A stretch of DNA of 64,000 nucleotides, from positions 1,002-65,001 of the IMG/VR virus record IMGVR_UViG_3300004097_000003; one strand, written 5' to 3'. This stretch comes from a virus. The notes under the pieces were generated by a model. It ran no database searches. It saw only the letters and a list, made by a program, of their open reading frames with translations, and was not told the DNA's origin. Of this stretch, positions 29,206 to 39,035 are shown piece after piece; within the stretch, counting starts at the first letter, position 1, and each line of letters starts with the position of its first letter. A program made the position numbers and the translations under genes.

Positions 29206-30273
29206 ATGAGTGACGTTAAAACCAATATGCTAGATATCGGACATATTAGCGGTGACTTACGAGTCCAAGATGGAACGCTTAAAATTGTCCCTGATTCTAT
29301 GACGCCTAATGGCAATGTTACAGGATATATTGATAAAACAGGAGTCTTGACTATTGACATACCTGGCCACGGTACTATACAAGCAAACGGATTCCTAACG
29401 CGTGCTGATATCGGTCAGGGGCATGAAGGCAATAGGGGAAATGAAGGCAGTAATGGAACTGACGGATCGATAGGATTAGATGGCTCCAAAGGTGTTATAG
29501 GTGATAGGGGAGAAGTAGGTAGTAGAGGCGTACCTGGAGTAAGAGGACCCAGAGGCATGCAAGGCAGTTTTGGCCAAAATGGCAATAGTGGTGCGGAGGG
29601 AGTTAAAGGAGATGACGCCTTTGTTAATATGTTTATACAGGAGTCAGACCCAGGGGCTCCAGGCGCAGGCGCAGTATGGGTTAAACCTATATACACCCAC
29701 CTGCAAGAAGCCATTGCTGATATACAAGCCAATTGTAGTAGTGATGAAGATGAAGATACAGAGGAATTACCAGTCATTGAAGGTGATTCGGAATCACATC
29801 CTTATACAAGTGATGGACATGCTACAGGTAGCTTAGTCGTTTACTTCGATACAAGTACGTACACCACTTTAGAAGACAGCGGTAAGGAATTCATACGTGT
29901 AGAAGAAGAAGAAAGATTCATACTAATACTTAGACTACTTTCGCCGTTACCTATTGATGCTGTATTCCAAGTGAAACTTAGAGAGGACCCTACTAATATT
30001 GCATGGGCGGGATTCAAATGGGATTCAGATGACGCTAAGGGTACTGTAGAAAGAACACTTACAATACCAGCAGGTAAGTTAGTCTCTGATGAACTTACCG
30101 CTTACGTTCCTGAGGATTGGGTAATCGCAAGCGATAGCGGTTATGGCGAACTTGCAATTTCGTCCGATTCAGGTAACAATCAAATAATGATTGACGAAAG
30201 TACGTACCAATTTGTCAGTGATTCCCCCAAATTGAACTATATTAAGATGCGAGTCTATCCTAAGATTTCGTAG
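29206..30273 (+). CDS. collagen-like fibre protein with C-terminal Calx-beta-like domain
   Basis: Start 29206 (AGGAG RBS); 22 Gly-X-Y triplets; DPGAPGAGAVWVKP cap; TLTIPAG. Confidence 0.85.
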   Translation: MSDVKTNMLDIGHISGDLRVQDGTLKIVPDSMTPNGNVTGYIDKTGVLTIDIPGHGTIQANGFLTRADIGQGHEGNRGNEGSNGTDGSIGLDGSKGVIGDRGEVGSRGVPGVRGPRGMQGSFGQNGNSGAEGVKGDDAFVNMFIQESDPGAPGAGAVWVKPIYTHLQEAIADIQANCSSDEDEDTEELPVIEGDSESHPYTSDGHATGSLVVYFDTSTYTTLEDSGKEFIRVEEEERFILILRLLSPLPIDAVFQVKLREDPTNIAWAGFKWDSDDAKGTVERTLTIPAGKLVSDELTAYVPEDWVIASDSGYGELAISSDSGNNQIMIDESTYQFVSDSPKLNYIKMRVYPKIS

Positions 30274-30306
30274 TATTACATAATTTTCTAAACACGTGAG
30301 GTGCTT

Positions 30307-30798
30307 ATGTTAACAAGACCACCACTAAATGCAATTGATGCTGGAGCCGAAAGCGGTGACGTAACTTCAAATGCACTTAATCTACAAGTAGAATCTATTG
30401 ACGATAGTATAGCGACTGAGCTTGGTGCTAAATACGATTCAGTCAATGGCTCTCTAGTTATATCATTCCCAGGATACCCACACCTTAGGATAAACGGCTT
30501 CATGACGCCTATTCATATTAAAGAAGGCAGACAAGGTAAACCTGGGTATGAAGGCAGAGAAGGAATCGAAGGCACTATAGGATCTGACGGAGAGCAAGGC
30601 CAGCAAGGATGTTTAGGCCCAGAGGGTCCTCAGGGACGTCCAGGTCAACGTGGACCTAGAGGTCAGATGGGTTCTCAAGGTGAGATTGGTCCTACGGGTC
30701 CTGATGGGGCTAAAGGAGAGCCTGGAGAATTTCTAGTCTATATACAGAACGACGAACCCGTAGGGGTGGAGCACGGTGCGCTGTGGGTGAAACAATAA
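30307..30798 (+). CDS. collagen-like fibre protein
   Basis: Start 30307 (GAGGT RBS; MLTRPP, identical to the 28565 start); 23 triplets from 30526. Confidence 0.9.
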   Translation: MLTRPPLNAIDAGAESGDVTSNALNLQVESIDDSIATELGAKYDSVNGSLVISFPGYPHLRINGFMTPIHIKEGRQGKPGYEGREGIEGTIGSDGEQGQQGCLGPEGPQGRPGQRGPRGQMGSQGEIGPTGPDGAKGEPGEFLVYIQNDEPVGVEHGALWVKQ

Positions 30799-30810
30799 TT
30801 AGGAACTAAT

Positions 30811-33468
30811 ATGGCACTTAACTTAGAACTATCAAGTTCGAATGAAAAGTCAGTACTATACGATGGTGAGTACGGAGATTTAGACTACATAGAAAGCTCC
30901 TTAACTTTATATTTTAGTGTAGAAGGAACTAGCTCGTATTCTGTTACGATTATCGATGCGGATACAGGAAACGACCAGACGTCTATCGTACAAGTCGGTC
31001 AGGGAACACTAACCATAGACCTTCGTATTCTAAAAAGTTATTTCACAATAGGTACTACCGTATTCGGTGGTACTGTTGTGTTACAGATAGACGATAATGA
31101 TAGTACTGATACTGGTCAGTTTAACATCGACTTCCATTTCGCCGTTACAAATAACGCAGTATACGTGGCTCCAGTGACATTCGGCCTCAGTACAAACGGT
31201 ATTGCCATTAGTACTGAGTTACAGCGCAGTAGTGGTATTGATTTCGTTGAGCGCGCCGCGTATCCTACGGTAGAAGTACTTGGAGGCTCAGGTCCTTTCG
31301 AGTACACTTGGGTTCCTGCAAACTTTGAACACTTCTTAATAGAATCAGTAGAAGGTCTTGATACAGACAAACCTACCGTAAACTATAAACTCGATGTTGC
31401 GTCGGACCTACCTGAAGAACTATTTAATTCCGATGGAGGCAAGTGGACTCAGACAGGTATATTTAACGTAAGCGTTCGAGATACCAGTAACGGTGATATC
31501 TCGTTAGGAGAAGTATCCTGGAGCTTCACTGTTAGTGTACAGGAGGAGGAAAGAGGCGACTCGGTAGTTAAAGAAAGCAGAATCATACCAGGACGATTTA
31601 GAGTACGAAACCCTCTCAATAGCTTCTGGTATGACTTATGTTATTATGAAATGTACGTCTTTGATAAAGATTACCTACAGTGGATTAGACTATTCCCTAA
31701 TAAGGTGTTTGTGCGCGATGGAGGCAGCAGTGATTGGATTGAAATAGGTTGCATTACTGATACTTCCTATGACGACCCTTGTGCAGGCTTCGGGTCAGGT
31801 ACCGATTGTTCAGGTGAACCTCAAGATCCTCTTGCGGGATCTGGTGATGGATTTGGTTCTAATGGTCCTTCATACGATGTCGATACAGGATATCCTGCAG
31901 GCTTTGATATGCCTGACAGCTCACTCGGTGGCTACGGTATTAAGATTGCACCTAAAGCCACTGGTTACGATACTCCGGTAGGTTACATAATGCAGCGTCC
32001 CGGACTACAGTCGGAAGAATCTTATGATCCTACAGGTCTATCTGCCGATGAAGGCGCTCACGGTAAGTATAATAGTCCTAACTTAAATGGAGCCAGCACT
32101 TGGGGTAGAGGTGCAGCGGTTACTGAGACTATATATGAATTACCTGCACAGAATGGTTATTACGAACTTCTCTATGCTGCTTACGATTCCGTTAGTATCG
32201 ATGTTTACTACGTAGGTCAGCGAGTAGCTACAACATGTGGACCTGTGCCTAAGTTGACGCGAGGTCTATTGACGTTTAATGTTAACATAGCGACAGGTCT
32301 AGGTGAAAGACGTATCATGATTAGGGTACGTGGTGCCGAGGATGTTAGATGGGCTTACCAAGTAGTAGGTCCTAAAGCTTCACCTGTGCTACAAGATTTC
32401 GATAACCAAGACGATGATGATTACGCAAATATCAATGAGTTTCTTTACGAAGAATCTGAAATGATGCAAACCCAGTACATAGGTACGCCTATGTTTCCTG
32501 CACCCTGTCACGGCACTGTAGGTAATGTAGATCAGACGTTTCCTTGGGCATTATCTGATAGAATTGAGACGCAAAACTGGTTTGAGTACTATCACTATGT
32601 CGGCGAAAACGGGGGTCCAATGGTGCTCGATTTTAGCTCATGGGCAGCCGCTGACTACGTTGAAATCTGGCAAAATGGGGTTCGGATAGCTACATCTCAA
32701 GATTATAACCAAACTCCAGGCTATGTTGATTTTATATATGAAGCCCGTGAAGGCGTTCAAGATATAATGGTTAGAGTGCATACAGAATCAAAAGGTATGG
32801 GTCAAGATTTAAGTACTTGGTACTATACACTATTCTGCCCTAACGCAATTGGCCACAGAAGACAACCATGGCCTTGTGGGCCTGACGTTATATACAGCAT
32901 GGGACATCCTGCCACAGAGGATAACTTTGATATAGATAACGGCGTCGAGCGTGGTGCCTTTAAAGTATACATGCGAGAGTGTACGGCTACTACATTAGTT
33001 AGAGTATTCAATAGAGACGGAGACTTGATAACGTCGATGACGGGCGAAGGTGACTTCGATGTAGAGGCTTTCAATTTCGATGTGGTTACAGGAGAAGTAC
33101 ATAAGGATATATATGTACGTGTTGAGACTTCTATAGGGCATGGTTGGCAATACACCGTAAGTTGTCCAGTACCTTTACTTGATATAATACTAAAACCTGT
33201 AGACCCAAGTGTAGAGTGGTCTATAACCGATGAAATTATACAGGACGATTCTGAGTATGTCGAACTTATCGTAAGCATAAACAAAGCCCAATTGGTTGAT
33301 AGGTCTATTGATTGGGCTACTAGCAACGACACTGCGTATGACCTAACGGACTACTGTGCTGCTAACGGAACTGTGACAATACCTGCTGGACAGACTAGTA
33401 TTAAGATTCAAATTAATTTAGCTCCTTGTGATGCTGAGGATGAGGATGAGGATGCACCTAGCACCTGA
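30811..33468 (+). CDS. tail fibre/adhesin-associated protein with three tandem beta-sandwich repeats and a truncated Calx-beta (885 aa)
   Basis: Repeats ending WAYQVVGP, WYYTLFCP, WQYTVSCP; C-terminal WATSNDTA..DY..GTVTIPAGQTS. Confidence 0.7.
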   Translation: MALNLELSSSNEKSVLYDGEYGDLDYIESSLTLYFSVEGTSSYSVTIIDADTGNDQTSIVQVGQGTLTIDLRILKSYFTIGTTVFGGTVVLQIDDNDSTDTGQFNIDFHFAVTNNAVYVAPVTFGLSTNGIAISTELQRSSGIDFVERAAYPTVEVLGGSGPFEYTWVPANFEHFLIESVEGLDTDKPTVNYKLDVASDLPEELFNSDGGKWTQTGIFNVSVRDTSNGDISLGEVSWSFTVSVQEEERGDSVVKESRIIPGRFRVRNPLNSFWYDLCYYEMYVFDKDYLQWIRLFPNKVFVRDGGSSDWIEIGCITDTSYDDPCAGFGSGTDCSGEPQDPLAGSGDGFGSNGPSYDVDTGYPAGFDMPDSSLGGYGIKIAPKATGYDTPVGYIMQRPGLQSEESYDPTGLSADEGAHGKYNSPNLNGASTWGRGAAVTETIYELPAQNGYYELLYAAYDSVSIDVYYVGQRVATTCGPVPKLTRGLLTFNVNIATGLGERRIMIRVRGAEDVRWAYQVVGPKASPVLQDFDNQDDDDYANINEFLYEESEMMQTQYIGTPMFPAPCHGTVGNVDQTFPWALSDRIETQNWFEYYHYVGENGGPMVLDFSSWAAADYVEIWQNGVRIATSQDYNQTPGYVDFIYEAREGVQDIMVRVHTESKGMGQDLSTWYYTLFCPNAIGHRRQPWPCGPDVIYSMGHPATEDNFDIDNGVERGAFKVYMRECTATTLVRVFNRDGDLITSMTGEGDFDVEAFNFDVVTGEVHKDIYVRVETSIGHGWQYTVSCPVPLLDIILKPVDPSVEWSITDEIIQDDSEYVELIVSINKAQLVDRSIDWATSNDTAYDLTDYCAANGTVTIPAGQTSIKIQINLAPCDAEDEDEDAPST

Positions 33469-33624
33469 TACTTTCCTAGCTACTATACGTAAAGCTTTTG
33501 AATCTGTAATACCATTTATGTGATTTGATAACCATACAGTCATAAAGTATTAGGGAGTAAGGAGTTAGTAGACCTTGCAGGTAAGTCAGGTAAATGGTGG
33601 CAAGTACTTAATTAAGGAATTATA

Positions 33625-35418
33625 ATGGCAAAACGATTTCATGTTGACTTAGCGAATCCTAGTTTCGGAGTCATAGAAAAAGGTAAAGGAATTGTAACGA
33701 TTCTGGAGGTAGCTGAACCTTTACCTCCAGAGCGGCCTGAACCCGAACTAGTAAATGAATACATCTGGGAATGTATATTTGAAAACTTAGATGGTGATGA
33801 GGTGAAGTCTGTACCTCATAATAGCGAAGAAGGCTACGAGTATATGATAGCCCATATAGATCTAGAAGGTGATAACGAGATTACTTGGAGCCACGTAGCT
33901 AGATTTATAGGGGACAATCCCACAGGTACACCTATGGCGCAGAATATAGATAGTGGTGTAGGCGTGAGTGACAATTTTGGTATATTTATAGATACGTCCA
34001 ACGGTAGTTCTATAATAATTAAAATTATGCGTAGACCTCTACCTGTAGCTGCCGACGAAGACAGCAGAGTAACAGGAAATGAGTTCGTCCGTGTTAGCGG
34101 AAATGACTTAAGCTACCAGTGGGATTTAAACTACGAATACTACATAACCTGTACTTATGGCACACTATCTAACTATACAGGAACTATAATTACCGATGAA
34201 GTATCCTACGGCTATTCGAGCATAGATAAATCAACTGCTTGGATAGCAAACATCGATCAGGATAGGAAGAAGTGGGTAGGGTTTGGACATAAATCATCAG
34301 AGCCTGGTAATAAATCTTATCGTACAGTAGTTACAAAGAGATGTGACTTACACAGCGTATGGCGCAGGCCTTGGTCGGCATCTAGCCTTCCAGCTAGTGA
34401 GTTTGCCAATGAGCATAAACGTGTTAAGAATAACATGGATAGTCCTTCTACTACTTTAACGTTCGACTGGAAAGATAACAAAGAATACCTCGTCATGATG
34501 GCGGATACTTCTTCTGACAACGAGGTAGCTTGCGCTAAAGTGTATACTACTCCTGGTCTGTTAGAAGTACCAGGCGTAACTAGACATAAATCAGGTATTG
34601 CTGCACCTGGTGGTAACCCATCATGGATAGAATTCCTACAGACCAGCGTAGGCGGTAGTAAAAAGATAGAGGCGCACCACGGATATATATTAAATATACT
34701 CGAAAGAGATATGTTCTATGACCCTGGGACGTGCGGCGCTGAAGGTTTCGTAGGTCCTGTTAGCTCTATTTCATCTTTAGCTAGTATTAACACAATAGGT
34801 AAAATCGCGTTTATGTCTGACACCCCAGGTATTACAAAATACGGGGCTTCGGCTACAGACGGTTCAGCTTTGGAAGTTGAGGCTTATATAGGGGACTGGA
34901 CAGGCAATGTACCCGATGTATACAATGATAAGTATACTAGCGATATTCAAGGTATAGCGATACCTTATAGTTACGGTGGGGGTATCGCTAGTAACATGAC
35001 GCCTTCCGATCCGTATCTAGCCGAGTCAAAATCTACGGCTTGGAGAGGCTGGTACCTATCCGTCATAGACGAAACTGAACACACTTCTGGTATTAAGTAC
35101 AGTAAGATAACGAGTATCGATATTAACAAGTACGTAGATGGCCACACTTTAGTAATAAGGTGTGAGGACTCTGCTGATGGTGATTATACGCTTGAGAGTA
35201 ATTCCTCGATAGTGGACAACAACACAGGACGCTCCGTTAGCCTTAGTGATATCTACGGAATCAGAACTAAAGCATTACACATAGGATTTCAAGATACCTT
35301 AGCAAGAAATCAGTCAGGAATGGATGCTGAGGTTACTATTGCTATTGAATTTGAATTTCATGATGGTACGATGTTTTCACATACATTGACTCTTGCCGCT
35401 AATAGTGAAATATATTAA
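33625..35418 (+). CDS. putative tail fibre / receptor-binding protein (597 aa)
   Basis: Acidic, beta-rich ORF within the fibre locus; AAGGA RBS; no family recognised. Confidence 0.6.
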   Translation: MAKRFHVDLANPSFGVIEKGKGIVTILEVAEPLPPERPEPELVNEYIWECIFENLDGDEVKSVPHNSEEGYEYMIAHIDLEGDNEITWSHVARFIGDNPTGTPMAQNIDSGVGVSDNFGIFIDTSNGSSIIIKIMRRPLPVAADEDSRVTGNEFVRVSGNDLSYQWDLNYEYYITCTYGTLSNYTGTIITDEVSYGYSSIDKSTAWIANIDQDRKKWVGFGHKSSEPGNKSYRTVVTKRCDLHSVWRRPWSASSLPASEFANEHKRVKNNMDSPSTTLTFDWKDNKEYLVMMADTSSDNEVACAKVYTTPGLLEVPGVTRHKSGIAAPGGNPSWIEFLQTSVGGSKKIEAHHGYILNILERDMFYDPGTCGAEGFVGPVSSISSLASINTIGKIAFMSDTPGITKYGASATDGSALEVEAYIGDWTGNVPDVYNDKYTSDIQGIAIPYSYGGGIASNMTPSDPYLAESKSTAWRGWYLSVIDETEHTSGIKYSKITSIDINKYVDGHTLVIRCEDSADGDYTLESNSSIVDNNTGRSVSLSDIYGIRTKALHIGFQDTLARNQSGMDAEVTIAIEFEFHDGTMFSHTLTLAANSEIY

Positions 35419-35428
35419 GGAGATTACT

Positions 35429-35983
35429 TTGCCTACTGTTCAAAAACATTGGCTAGTTAACGAATTGGACATTAATACTTATGACGGAAGTTATCAAGTA
35501 GAAGGTGTCCCTTACGTTAAGAACCAAAGCTGTGGCTTTATCATTAAACCTAATTGGGGACTTAGTGTTGACGTAGTTAGCGGTAAGACTATCTTGGGTC
35601 CTAAAAAAGGTAACTTAATGTTAGCTATAATACCGGATAGTACATTACATAAGTCCGAGTGGCTAGAAGGCCAGACGTCAGGTGTTATCGACATAGGGCG
35701 TTTTCATTACGAAGATAGCCAAAGCTACGACTTCACTATTGTATCCAAAAGGGAATCAGGTAAAGGAATAGTCGTACCTCCAGTAGGGACGCATAGCTTT
35801 AAGCAAGATGTATATTCATGGCTTAAATCCCCAGATGCTGCGGTATTTTCTTTCGAAATACATTTGGTAATTGATGACACAACGGATTATATACAAGAGT
35901 TCACTCCGTTATTAGTTAATTTAATAAAAACTCAGAAGTCCAGCAATATAGGCTTCCACGCCGAAGACAAAATAGAGGTATAG
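35429..35983 (+). CDS. hypothetical virion-associated protein
   Basis: TTG at 35429 downstream of AAGGAG preferred as start. Confidence 0.6.
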   Translation: MPTVQKHWLVNELDINTYDGSYQVEGVPYVKNQSCGFIIKPNWGLSVDVVSGKTILGPKKGNLMLAIIPDSTLHKSEWLEGQTSGVIDIGRFHYEDSQSYDFTIVSKRESGKGIVVPPVGTHSFKQDVYSWLKSPDAAVFSFEIHLVIDDTTDYIQEFTPLLVNLIKTQKSSNIGFHAEDKIEV

Positions 35984-35985
35984 TA

Positions 35986-38373
35986 ATGGCTACTACCAAC
36001 TTTGCACCTCTGCTTACAGTGGGTGATGAATACGACTTGTCACCTTTTAGTGGCAGAAACATGGTAATACATGCCCAACGCAATAACACAGGATATACGT
36101 ATACATTCAGCATTGACATACTGACTGGTTTTGATCAAGATCGTTACTACGGTCTTATTGTACCTTCGGGACATGGAGAGATACCTCAATCCAATCCTAA
36201 TCAGTTGTTTAAAATCACAGCCGATGCTAAGCTTGTACCTCTTAACTATAGTGATGGTCTTGCAGCACAGATTAGCTACCTTACAGGTGATGATGCAGGA
36301 ACTCCAGATATCAATGTACATTGGGGATCAGTAGCCCAGCTTACGGTTATCTCAAGTACTGCAAATGAGGGAACTGAGGCGCTACTTAGAATATACAGGG
36401 ATGGTGATACTTCGGGTGCGGTTGATATTAATATTGGTTTTATTCCGGGGACCGCGGACTTAGATGATGTACAGTCTATACCTCCATCTGTTACTATGCA
36501 GTCGGGCTTCTCGTTTGTGGATGTACCTATTACTATTAAGACTGACCTTGATTACGAAGGGGACCAGTCATTTTTATTAAGTGCCCAAATAGCAAATGCG
36601 CCTAATGGGGAGGAATGGACAGGTAGTAACTACAGGCAGTTGGTTATTGTAGATACAACTCCTGAATTTCCTGTAGATGTACCCGGTTGTATGGACGTTA
36701 CCGCTAACAACTATAACGATGAGGCTACGATCGACAATGGCAGTTGTACCTATGACCCTGTAGTTGTACCAGGCTGTACTGACCCTCTAGCCAACAACTA
36801 TGATCCACTGGCTACTTCGAACAACGGCAGCTGTACATACGACCCAGTGGTGGTATACGGATGTACTGACCCTTCGGCAAGCAACTATAACCCACTAGCT
36901 ACAGATAATGACAATTCCTGTGTCTATCCGCCTCCTGTAGTGGACTGTCTAGTCGTAGGAGACTTACTGGAAGTAGAACATTGGTTTAAAGTTTGGTTTA
37001 TAGAGCCTGTTGACGGAGAACAGCTACACGACCAAGATTTAATTCAGTATAAGTGGAGCGGTGACTGGGTAACTGACCCTCGTATAGACCTATTCGATTA
37101 CTCGGAGAAAAATCGTGTAGCGATGTTCAAATTCACCAACACTATGTCTTCATCTGATAGTGACGTAGATGTAGACTACGAGGTAACAGCTTGGGCTAAA
37201 GATTTAAGGTTCATTACGTTAGATGTTACTGACGAAGATAGTGCCAATGTAAGCTTCTCTATGCCTTGTGTTATTGCAGGTAATACCCCAAGCTTTAGCG
37301 TAGGCGACATTACAGTTACGGAACCTAGTAGCGGTACCCTAAAAGCATCTGTTTATATAACGGCAAGCGAAGCCGTAACGGGTGGATCTATTACAATCGA
37401 TTACTGTTCGAGTGATATAACCGCTACGTCATCTAGTGCCTCTGTAGATGGAGACAGAGATTACGAGCCTGCCTGCGGTACGGTTACTTTTGAAGTAGGT
37501 GAAAGCTCTAAACAAATAGATGTAACTATAAATACTGATAATCTGTACGAACCTTCCGAGACATTAAAGATGACCATATCTAATGTCAGTCGGGGCAGTA
37601 TATCAGACTCGGTAGGTACTATAGAGATACAAGAATGGATTGTTCCTACAGTATCAGTTACTCTGGCGTCACAGGGAGCTACGAAAGAATTGTTTGTGGG
37701 TCGCGATACTTCCGGATCGACGGATGCGGTTGAGGTGACAGTAAACGGAAATGTCGAATCAAGACGTTTCTTGATGGAACAGGTCCTCAAGGACTATGAC
37801 ATAGCTATATGTGATGAACCCGTTGAGACTGGTCACGGTAATGACGGATGTTCAGACAATTCTAATCCCCTGTCCCACTATAAAGGTGTTGCGGGTGCTA
37901 CTAGTAATTTGACTGTCAACTATATAAATAGCATACAACCTCTTCTTGATTCAGGTACTCAGGAGATTAGTATCCTAGTAATGAATGATAGCTCCGATGC
38001 AATATCCCATGATAACTCTGTATGGGATAACGAGTGGGCTTGGCTAGGAGCTTTAGGTATCCCTGTTACTCTGACCTTCATACGCGTAATAGGGCAGACT
38101 CATATAGATAACGGTACAGGTAACTATGAATTGGCTCGCATCTGGTTTGAAGAAATCGTTGCTGCTGCACCAGGTAATGTAACGGCTTACTTTAAATCCT
38201 ATAGCTCCTACACAACAGGCGCAGCCAGTGACCTAAATGATATACTAAGCAGTACAGTCAATAATGACTATGCGGCAACATGTAACGCCCGACCCGATGA
38301 CGTTATAATAGTAACAGCACCGGACGAAGACTCAGCCTTATCCTTAGCACAGGGAGCCATAACATGTCCTTAG
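35986..38373 (+). CDS. adhesin-like fibre protein: Calx-beta, 3x GCTD Cys repeat, Calx-beta, vWA (795 aa)
   Basis: Calx-beta motifs (GTADLDD, TFEVGESSKQIDVTINTD..E); GC(M/T)D..A.NY...A....SC repeats; LFVGRDTSGS (DxSxS) and ISILVMND. Confidence 0.8.
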   Translation: MATTNFAPLLTVGDEYDLSPFSGRNMVIHAQRNNTGYTYTFSIDILTGFDQDRYYGLIVPSGHGEIPQSNPNQLFKITADAKLVPLNYSDGLAAQISYLTGDDAGTPDINVHWGSVAQLTVISSTANEGTEALLRIYRDGDTSGAVDINIGFIPGTADLDDVQSIPPSVTMQSGFSFVDVPITIKTDLDYEGDQSFLLSAQIANAPNGEEWTGSNYRQLVIVDTTPEFPVDVPGCMDVTANNYNDEATIDNGSCTYDPVVVPGCTDPLANNYDPLATSNNGSCTYDPVVVYGCTDPSASNYNPLATDNDNSCVYPPPVVDCLVVGDLLEVEHWFKVWFIEPVDGEQLHDQDLIQYKWSGDWVTDPRIDLFDYSEKNRVAMFKFTNTMSSSDSDVDVDYEVTAWAKDLRFITLDVTDEDSANVSFSMPCVIAGNTPSFSVGDITVTEPSSGTLKASVYITASEAVTGGSITIDYCSSDITATSSSASVDGDRDYEPACGTVTFEVGESSKQIDVTINTDNLYEPSETLKMTISNVSRGSISDSVGTIEIQEWIVPTVSVTLASQGATKELFVGRDTSGSTDAVEVTVNGNVESRRFLMEQVLKDYDIAICDEPVETGHGNDGCSDNSNPLSHYKGVAGATSNLTVNYINSIQPLLDSGTQEISILVMNDSSDAISHDNSVWDNEWAWLGALGIPVTLTFIRVIGQTHIDNGTGNYELARIWFEEIVAAAPGNVTAYFKSYSSYTTGAASDLNDILSSTVNNDYAATCNARPDDVIIVTAPDEDSALSLAQGAITCP
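36682..36942 (+). repeat. three tandem 87-nt (29 aa) coding repeats, GCTDPxAxNYxxxAxxxxxSCxY
   Basis: Units start at 36682, 36769 and 36856. Confidence 0.9.
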
Positions 38374-39035
38374 AAGTTCCTGTATTTGTACAGAACGTAC
38401 CCATTAGGCCTTTGCAGCGTAAAGTACAGTGGTACGAGTTTACGCCGTCAAAAGTAAATGGTTTCTTCGACTTCGTACTATCACAAGGGCGTAAGCCTAT
38501 AGGCCGTATCGATATATTCCTAGGAACTAAGTTAATTCAATCGACCAGTCCTACAGATGCACCTGAATTTGATATACAGACCTGGAAGAACTTTAATGCC
38601 AGTAAGTTTGCGATGGAGCCTAGAGGCGCTATTGAGTTTAGTAATATAGATAAATTCTTTATAAATAAAGATGATGTTATTTACGTCAGGATAGAGGCAG
38701 AATTACCGGCAGCCTTTAGATTTTCACTTAATAGATGCCATATCCTGGATTTAAGTGAGTCTATCGGCCTCGTTGTAGATGTATGTAATAGTACTAGATT
38801 AATTGTCGATCAAGGCCGCCAACCTTGTAATTTCAGAATAGACTTTGGTAAGATACTTAGTACGGATTTTACTCTATCGGAGCATACCAGTAAGATACTG
38901 TCGGTGCCTATTAGCGCAGACGCTTCGGTTGAGTGGTCTTATGTACCAGGCCGCGATATTAGAATTCGAAGTATAGAACTTTCTACCATAGTACCCTATA
39001 AAACTAATATTCGAATAGTGAGGAGTAATGGCTAA
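38364..39035 (+). CDS. fibre-associated protein (223 aa)
   Basis: N-terminal half resembles the repeats of 30811-33468 (WYEF..., IDIFLG..LIQST, IYVRIE). Confidence 0.6.
   Translation: MSLEVPVFVQNVPIRPLQRKVQWYEFTPSKVNGFFDFVLSQGRKPIGRIDIFLGTKLIQSTSPTDAPEFDIQTWKNFNASKFAMEPRGAIEFSNIDKFFINKDDVIYVRIEAELPAAFRFSLNRCHILDLSESIGLVVDVCNSTRLIVDQGRQPCNFRIDFGKILSTDFTLSEHTSKILSVPISADASVEWSYVPGRDIRIRSIELSTIVPYKTNIRIVRSNG

Noticed and set aside
26607-29777. Minus-strand ORFs rich in Pro/Ser (26607-27044, 28646-29062, 28672-28926, 29415-29777; likewise 39283-39537)
   Set aside because: Antisense or frame shadows of Gly-X-Y coding sequence; no RBS or independent motifs.
36682-36942. 87-nt periodic repeats as a CRISPR-like array
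   Set aside because: In-frame coding repeats that diverge at synonymous sites; no repeat-spacer structure and no cas genes.
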